A stretch of 19,459 bases of DNA, from positions 1 to 19,459 of the forward strand of contig DAOVER010000055.1 in NCBI GenBank assembly GCA_030668875.1, read 5' to 3'. Positions 16,452-19,459 of this stretch are shown here, piece after piece. Made by a program: the position numbers and the translations under genes. Under the pieces are notes generated by a model, which ran no database searches, was not told where the DNA came from, and worked only from the letters and a program-made list of their open reading frames with translations. Position 1 is the first letter of the stretch, and every line of letters begins with the position of its first letter. Source of the DNA: Candidatus Heimdallarchaeota archaeon. GTDB lineage: Archaea; Asgardarchaeota; Heimdallarchaeia; Heimdallarchaeales; Heimdallarchaeaceae.

Positions 16452-17219
16452 CTATTTCTTTTTAGTTATTTTTTCCACTATGTCTGTAATTTCACTTGGC
16501 ATAAAAATAACTATTTTCTCACTAGGATCTTGAGCAATATCTCTAATTGTTTGCAAAGTTCTTAATTGCAAAGCACCACGTTCTGTAGAAAGCTTCTTTG
16601 CAGCCTCTGCGAGGTTGTGAGATGCTTTTAATTCTCCTTCAGAGTGAATAATAACAGCTCGTTTTCCTCTTTCAGCCTCAGCTTGTTTTGCAAATGCTCT
16701 TTTCATTTCAGCAGGGAGCTCAATCTCTTGAATTTTAATTGCTTTTATATCGATACCCCATTCATTTGTTTCTCTATCAACACTCTTTTGGATATCTATA
16801 GCAATTTGGTCTCTTTCTGTTAGGACTTGATCAAGTTCAAGTGTTCCCATTGTATCACGTAAAGCAGCTTGAGTATACTGTCTAACAGCATAAACATAAT
16901 TCTCAATTTTAATTACAGCATCTTCAGGTCTCTCAACCTTAAAGTAGACCACAGTATTTGCAAGAACAGGTATATTGTCTCTTGTCATTAATTCTTGTCT
17001 TGGAATGTCTTGTGTTATAATCCTCATATCTACTTTTTTAGAAGTTTCTATTATTGGAATTATATAGACTAATCCCGGACCAGTAGTTCTAGTATATTTT
17101 CCTAATCGGAAAATTACTAATCTTTCATATTCTAGCATGACTCTTATACCTGATAATAACCAGATACCTATGAATAACACTACAATACATACACCAACGA
17201 AAATGTACCAATCAGCCAT
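16452..17219 (-). CDS. SPFH / Band 7 stomatin-family membrane protein
   Basis: N-terminal TM helix; EYERLVIFRLG, GPGLVYIIP, VDMR, TRDN, WGIDI, AKQAEAER, ALQLRTLQT. Confidence 0.95.
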   Translation of the reverse strand: MADWYIFVGVCIVVLFIGIWLLSGIRVMLEYERLVIFRLGKYTRTTGPGLVYIIPIIETSKKVDMRIITQDIPRQELMTRDNIPVLANTVVYFKVERPEDAVIKIENYVYAVRQYTQAALRDTMGTLELDQVLTERDQIAIDIQKSVDRETNEWGIDIKAIKIQEIELPAEMKRAFAKQAEAERGKRAVIIHSEGELKASHNLAEAAKKLSTERGALQLRTLQTIRDIAQDPSEKIVIFMPSEITDIVEKITKKK

Positions 17220-17344
17220 TTCATGTCACCTAATATTTGACTAATGATTCTAAAGCAACAGTCATTATTCAACCTTTCTGAATCAAACCAAATAGAAGAA
17301 ATCTAGACGATAACCATTTAAGCTTTGAAATCTGGCAATTTACA

Positions 17345-17791
17345 ATGATAAGAGCATTTTACATCATAACACCTAGTGGCATTCCAGTTTTCTACTACGA
17401 CCCAGTTGAGAAAAAGGATGCTCTTGCTGATGCCATACTCTTTACTGGACTTATTACTGCTATCCAGAATTTTCTCATTGAAGTTGAAATAGGTGCACCT
17501 AAGCAATTCACAACTAATACAAGAGAAGTGTATATTAAAACTACAGACTGTTTTGGCCTTGTCCTTGTTAAAGATCAAAAGGATGATATATCAGCTGATG
17601 ATGTTCAACAATTGTTAAAATTATTAGTTAAAAAATTAGACATTATTATACCAGATAAGCAATCCTGTGATGTAGTAGATGATACTGAGAGAAGACAGAT
17701 AAGAGAAATTGTTGACAAAATACTAGTCGATTGGAAGAATGTAATAAAAGGAAGTAAAGCATCTAAAAAGATGAAAGAAGGGTTATGGTAA
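17345..17791 (+). CDS. Longin-like domain protein (Asgard type)
   Basis: FYIITPSGIPVFYY hairpin, LFTGLITAIQNFLIEV helix, then beta strands and a long helix. TATA-like TTTAAG at 17317-17322 suggests a leaderless mRNA. Confidence 0.7.
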   Translation: MIRAFYIITPSGIPVFYYDPVEKKDALADAILFTGLITAIQNFLIEVEIGAPKQFTTNTREVYIKTTDCFGLVLVKDQKDDISADDVQQLLKLLVKKLDIIIPDKQSCDVVDDTERRQIREIVDKILVDWKNVIKGSKASKKMKEGLW

Positions 17792-17797
17792 AGTCAA

Positions 17798-18130
17798 TTA
17801 ACCTGGAACTTTTGTAGGTAGATTAGGATCATCTTCTGCAGGAAATATCTTACCTTCACGTCCTAAAGAGATTTGTTTTTTATCTCGAAACATTTTGCAC
17901 CATCCATTTTGAATGGAAACAACTTGGCCTACTTTGTATTTTTCACCGGCATCGTTACCCCATAGAGTTAATACGGTTGAACCTGTTTCGTCAACGATAA
18001 GAATATCCCAAACAAACAAAGTTCTATCCCTACTTTGAACTTGTCTAGGTCCATCTCTGGAGACGATTCTCACTTTTAATTCATCAAAATTTGCTTCTGG
18101 CTGTAAATTTTCGATTTTCAACTTAATCAC
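17798..18130 (-). CDS. ssb: Single OB-fold ssDNA-binding protein (crenarchaeal SSB / hSSB1-like)
   Basis: KIENLQP, IVDETGSTVLTLWG, GQVVSIQNGW, QISLGREGKI, paralleling Sulfolobus SSB motifs as I recall them. GTG start. Confidence 0.85.
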   Translation of the reverse strand: MIKLKIENLQPEANFDELKVRIVSRDGPRQVQSRDRTLFVWDILIVDETGSTVLTLWGNDAGEKYKVGQVVSIQNGWCKMFRDKKQISLGREGKIFPAEDDPNLPTKVPG

Positions 18131-18206
18131 TAAGAAGTATAGTTAACAATGTACATAAAAAACTTTTGTCACTCCCAATTGTAAATAAAGCAAGTGAAAT
18201 ATTGAG

Positions 18207-19079
18207 TCAGCCTGATAAATCTTCTATAATATCGTCTATTGATTTTTTTAATTCATCAATCTGTGGTGTTTGTTCAGCTTCTGTAAGAGTTTCTGCTGCT
18301 TCTCTATAATATTCTAAGGCTTTGGCGTTCTTTCCCTCTTTTTTAAGTAGCTCTCCAACGGTTTTAATATTGCTAAAATGAATACCTCGGTGTTTCTTTG
18401 TAAAATTCGTTCTATCTATTTTATTGGGGGTAAAATTTTCTAGATAATCTAGATTTGCTTTGAGAAGAATATCATCGTACATTAGTTCATCGTGACCTGA
18501 CACAAATGTTTCCACATCTCGAGTAAGATACTCTCTCAAGCTGTTTGCATATTCTGGAACATTCAATATTCGAATATAAGGGAAGGGTGATTCTAGATTA
18601 TCTCCAACAATGAGAACCTTATCAACTGAATCGTAACAAGATGAAGAATCAGCTGTATGTCCAGGTGTATGATAAAATTCTACTCCGTCATCAGAAAAAA
18701 CCAATCTTTCTTTGAAGTCTGTATTTGGTATGACCAGCTTTACATCACCTTTTTTATGTGCTTCAAATTGTTTCAGATCATCGTTTCCGGTCTTCTTTAA
18801 TTCTTTCACACAAAGTTCATGGGCAAGGATTATAGAATTTTCAAACAATTGATTCCCCCAGATATGATCATAATCATAATGAGTATTGAAGACAACGATT
18901 TCTTTGTCCTTAACGCCTTCCTTATCCAAGAAATTCAAAACTTCTTTCATAGGGTCTGGACCAAGAAATGTATCACAGATGAAAATTCGATTCTTTCCAT
19001 TTATTACATAGAGAGTAGTGAAGTAAGGATCATCAAAAGAGAAAAAATATCCTCTAGTACCTACTTTGGTAGCTTTCAT
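18207..19079 (-). CDS. MBL-fold metallo-hydrolase with C-terminal TPR-like helices
   Basis: CDTFLG, NTHYDYDHIWGN, HTPGHTADS, VGDNLE, SGH; tail GELLKKEGKNAKALEYYREA. Confidence 0.88.
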   Translation of the reverse strand: MKATKVGTRGYFFSFDDPYFTTLYVINGKNRIFICDTFLGPDPMKEVLNFLDKEGVKDKEIVVFNTHYDYDHIWGNQLFENSIILAHELCVKELKKTGNDDLKQFEAHKKGDVKLVIPNTDFKERLVFSDDGVEFYHTPGHTADSSSCYDSVDKVLIVGDNLESPFPYIRILNVPEYANSLREYLTRDVETFVSGHDELMYDDILLKANLDYLENFTPNKIDRTNFTKKHRGIHFSNIKTVGELLKKEGKNAKALEYYREAAETLTEAEQTPQIDELKKSIDDIIEDLSG

Positions 19080-19142
19080 TATAGTCAGTATCTTTGAAGC
19101 TTAATACCTAATAAAAGTAGTGGAATCTCAATATTGAGGAAT

Positions 19143-19278
19143 ATAAGACAATAAGACAAAATCAAATCATGTTACACATAGTAAGTTAGCCCAAGGAATT
19201 ACTCATTGCATTATATCGATTTTAAGCTCATTAAGGAAGGTTTATGATGTCTATTTGTCTTCTTGTCTTCTTGTCTTC
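19143..19278. repeat. Oppositely oriented 8-bp tandem repeats
   Basis: (TAAGACAA)2 at 19144-19159 and (TTGTCTTC)3 at 19255-19278; the units are reverse complements with one mismatch. Confidence 0.8.
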
Positions 19279-19459
19279 TTAGACAAAGCTAGGTTTATGG
19301 TGTGCTTAGAGGTCATGATATAACCCAGAGATAATCCTGCAAACATTTCAATACATCTTTAATCCTTATGACCCCTTGAAAATAAAAACATATGTTATCA
19401 TAGGATCTTGGTTATTTGCAGTTGGACACCTATTTGGTGCAATTGATGAATTGAGAAAA

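Noticed and set aside
17318-17578. 86-aa minus-strand ORF with several Cys
   Set aside because: Antisense to the longin-like gene; no coherent metal-binding spacing.
18819-19097. 92-aa plus-strand ORF
   Set aside because: Antisense to the MBL hydrolase.
19180-19186. Lone AGTAAGT half-site
   Set aside because: No partner half-site; a 7-mer is expected by chance in AT-rich DNA.
19143-19278. Repeats as a CRISPR array
   Set aside because: Units are 8 bp, directly tandem, without spacers; no cas genes in the window.

Overview
AT-rich archaeal chromosomal segment. Archaeal features include AGGTGA-type ribosome-binding sites, TATA-like boxes and a crenarchaeal-type SSB. A longin-like protein suggests an Asgard archaeon, possibly Heimdallarchaeia (inference). 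Left to right: a >696-aa secreted glycoprotein with two C2-like domains and an FN3 domain, running off the left edge and absent from the ORF track; an ICMT/PEMT-family methyltransferase; an RG-rich DUF5320-like/DUF134 pair; a frameshifted membrane protein; a frameshifted msrB; two small membrane proteins; a GATase-like protein plus ArsR operon with twin palindromic operators; a HemG-like flavodoxin; a five-gene block (substrate-binding protein, fused double permease, two ATPases, DUF47/PhoU-like); an internally deleted MBL pseudogene; a divergent HPS-like enzyme downstream of stomatin; a longin; an SSB; and an MBL hydrolase. The best candidate for an undescribed system is the ABC importer. Its two ATPases carry complementary defects that together form one consensus and one degenerate ATP site, the TAP/MRP/CFTR-type asymmetry. 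Its binding protein resembles the clade normally fused to a vWA domain. No rRNA, tRNA, CRISPR array or transposase was recognised. All family calls come from motif recognition by eye; no database searches were run.
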